In this document: positions 61,674 through 64,000 of the stretch, in pieces
Numbering within the stretch: the first letter of the stretch is position 1
How the letters are laid out: every line of letters starts with the position of its first letter
Assembly: GCA_050613775.1 (NCBI GenBank)
Contig: JBODTK010000112.1
Span: 310,001-374,000 of the forward strand
Length of the DNA: 64,000 bases
Source: Neocallimastix sp. 'constans'
Taxonomy: Eukaryota
Reading direction: 5' to 3'
The notes under the pieces: model-generated
Told to the model about the DNA's origin: nothing
Database searches by the model: none
Seen by the model: only the letters and a program-made list of their open reading frames with translations
Position numbers and translations under genes: made by a program

Positions 61674-62567
61674 ATGTCCGATTTAAAATCAATTAATTTC
61701 AACAGAATTCCTATATTAGGTCAACCGACTGTAGAATTTGATGATTGGAATTTCTCATATACTCGTTGGTGTAATTCCAATAAAATTGACGAAGAAGAAA
61801 AGATAGAATGTTTAATTTCAATTACTACTGGTATTGCAAGAAAGATAGTAATAAATTCATTAAATAAAATTACCCCAGATAAATATGATACCATTATAAG
61901 TAAATTACAGGAACATTACAAGGGTCCTCTTCCTAAAAATTCAAGGTTATTAGAACTTTCAACAGCTACAATTAAGAAAGGTGAAAGTGTTGCAGAATTC
62001 AACATAAGGTTTGAAACACTTTTAAATAAAATTAGAATTGATTTAAATAAGGAAGTTATAATCTCTTATTATATTAATGCATTTCGGACTTTAACTAAAA
62101 CCTATGAGGCTTTATTAGAAGCAGAACCGCAAAACTTAAAAGATGCAATGCAAATAACGTCTAAAAAGGAGAAGATATATAAATTAGTAGAATCAAATAG
62201 GTCTAAAGATAAAGGAGAATCAAACAAAAGAAAAATAAAATCTAACACTCAAAATAATTATGGAACATATTATACAAGTACTTATAATAAAAATAATTCA
62301 TTTAATAATAAGAATAATAATATAAATAATAGTCACAACAATAATTACCAAAAATATAATAATAATATAAAACCTACTCATAATTATATTAATCAAAATG
62401 TTGAAAATAGAAAAGTCACATTGAAACCTACACAACTTCAAGATGATGAATTACAAGAAATAACTCAGAAACTTGCTGATTTAAAAATCAATGTATGCTT
62501 AAATTGTCAAAGAATAGGTCATGTTAAAGATGATTGCCCTGAATTAGAAGAAGAGTGTTTAAATTAA
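61674..62567 (+). CDS. G4 Gag
   Basis: 297 aa with zinc knuckle CLNCQRIGHVKDDC. Ends TGT TTA AAT TAA. Confidence 0.9.
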   Translation: MSDLKSINFNRIPILGQPTVEFDDWNFSYTRWCNSNKIDEEEKIECLISITTGIARKIVINSLNKITPDKYDTIISKLQEHYKGPLPKNSRLLELSTATIKKGESVAEFNIRFETLLNKIRIDLNKEVIISYYINAFRTLTKTYEALLEAEPQNLKDAMQITSKKEKIYKLVESNRSKDKGESNKRKIKSNTQNNYGTYYTSTYNKNNSFNNKNNNINNSHNNNYQKYNNNIKPTHNYINQNVENRKVTLKPTQLQDDELQEITQKLADLKINVCLNCQRIGHVKDDCPELEEECLN

Positions 62568-64000
62568 ATTATGGGAGTAAGCAATCTCCCAAAATAACTA
62601 AAATTGCATCATCAAATCAATCAATAAATTACCTTAATAACGAAAATAATCAAATCCCTCAAATTAATGTAGCCCAGAAAAAGAAAGTGCCTACAAGTAC
62701 TTTGGATAAGAATAAAATCTCTCCAAATAATAAAAGTATAGTTAAACCATCCATTCTCAATCAACCAAATATTAAGAAAGTTAAACATCAAAAGAAAGCA
62801 ATTAGGAATACAAGAAGAAGAAAAATAAGTGAAGAACTTAATAATGAAAAACAAAATGACCATGAATTAAATGATAATGAGGAAATTATTATTGATGAAC
62901 CATATAATACAAAGGAAAATACAAAAGATTCTGAAATGAAAAATAATTCAGAAATCAATAATGGAAATAATAATGAAAGTAATAATGAAAATAATAAAAA
63001 TAATGTAATTAACATAATTGATGAACATAGAAAAATAAATAATGAAAGTAATACCAAAGACGTTCTAACACATAGTCAATCTCTCAGTCAAACTAAACAA
63101 ACCAGAAAAAGAAGTATGACAGATATACAAATGTTAGAATCAGGTAATAAATTTAGTATAATTAAGGAAGCCAACAACTTGTTTCCGAAAATTAGTCTTG
63201 CACAATTACTTTCTATTAGTCCTACTCTTAGGAAGGAATTAGGACAAGGTTGTAAGCCAAAGATAGAAAATGTATTATGCTCTCTTTATAATATTCCTAT
63301 TCCAATCTTCATTGGAAAAACGAAAGAAGTATTTTTAAAAATTCTTTACGATACAGGAGCAAATGTAAATGTTATAACAACAGGATGTTTAAATAAATTT
63401 AATGATGTGAAAATTGAAGAAGATATAATAGAACAAAATATTACTTTAGCAAATGGATCTACAGTACCTACTAAATACTATGTTCCATTGAAAATTAACA
63501 TTAATGATTCTTGCAACATTTATGAAAAATTTTATATTATAAATCAAGATAATCCATACTTTGATATTATTTTTGGAAGAAGTATCCAAAAGAAATATAG
63601 ATTACTTATTGATCCAGATGATGATTTCATATATCAGAAAACAAGAAAAGGTCTTAAAAAGATAATCCAGATAATTAACTCAAATAACACAAATAATATT
63701 CCCTTAATGAATGCTATTTATGTATCTAAAGAAGATGAAGAAATTCGTGAATTTAACTCTACCTTAAACGAAATTCTCAATTCTGTTCCAGATAAAGTTA
63801 AATCAAAATTTGAAAGTCTTATTAATCAATACAAAAATTGTATGGCAACATCACTAAGTCAGCTAACAACTGCTAACCTTGAACCACATTCAATAATTAC
63901 TACTACGGAAAAACCTATTAAGCTAAAACCTTATAAATTATCAAAAGAGCATTCTGATATTCTAAAAGAAGAAATTATATCCTTACTTAATAAAGGCTTA
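62558..64000 (+). CDS. G4 Pol (-1 frame), partial
   Basis: The -1 frame is open from TTTAAAT through the protease (FKLNYGSKQSPKITKIAS...KISLAQLLSISPTLRKELGQG...ILYDTGANVN). RT-start-like sequence (PIKLKPYKL) lies at the window edge. Confidence 0.88.

Larger units (their letters stand above)
58894..64000 (+). mobile_element. Ty3/gypsy element G4 (tRNA-Tyr primed, -1 frameshift), 5' part
   Basis: TGATAAA...TTTATCA LTR followed by PBS, gag and a -1 pol frame with protease. Confidence 0.9.

Noticed and set aside
32933..63057. Many short ORFs overlapping the retrotransposon genes
   Set aside because: Antisense or off-frame shadows of biased-codon polyproteins with no motifs.

Overview
Extremely AT-rich, intron-rich eukaryotic DNA. 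Composition, the GH3 gene and the transposons suggest an anaerobic gut fungus (Neocallimastigomycota); this is inference. Bases 1-26 kb hold host genes: a partial Asn-rich ORF, RPT5, a BET double-bromodomain/ET gene, an HP1/Swi6 gene, GCP2/Spc97 and an intronless secreted GH3 beta-glucosidase. Bases 26.7-32.5 kb hold a decayed MULE transposon, a 122-nt poly(A)-tailed retroposed insert with a 13-bp TSD, and a second MULE-like end. From 32.5 kb to the window end is a nested stack of young LTR retrotransposons. An intact Ty1/copia has chromovirus G1 in its 5' leader. G1's 5' LTR is interrupted by two back-to-back Ty3/gypsy elements, G2 and G4, and G2's pol carries chromovirus G3. G1 and G3 have Tf1-like 11-nt self-priming sites. 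G2 and G4 have tRNA primer sites and matching -1 frameshift pseudoknots with compensatory changes. Three of the four gypsy elements have non-TG..CA termini. Exon boundaries and RNA pairings were read by eye, not computed.
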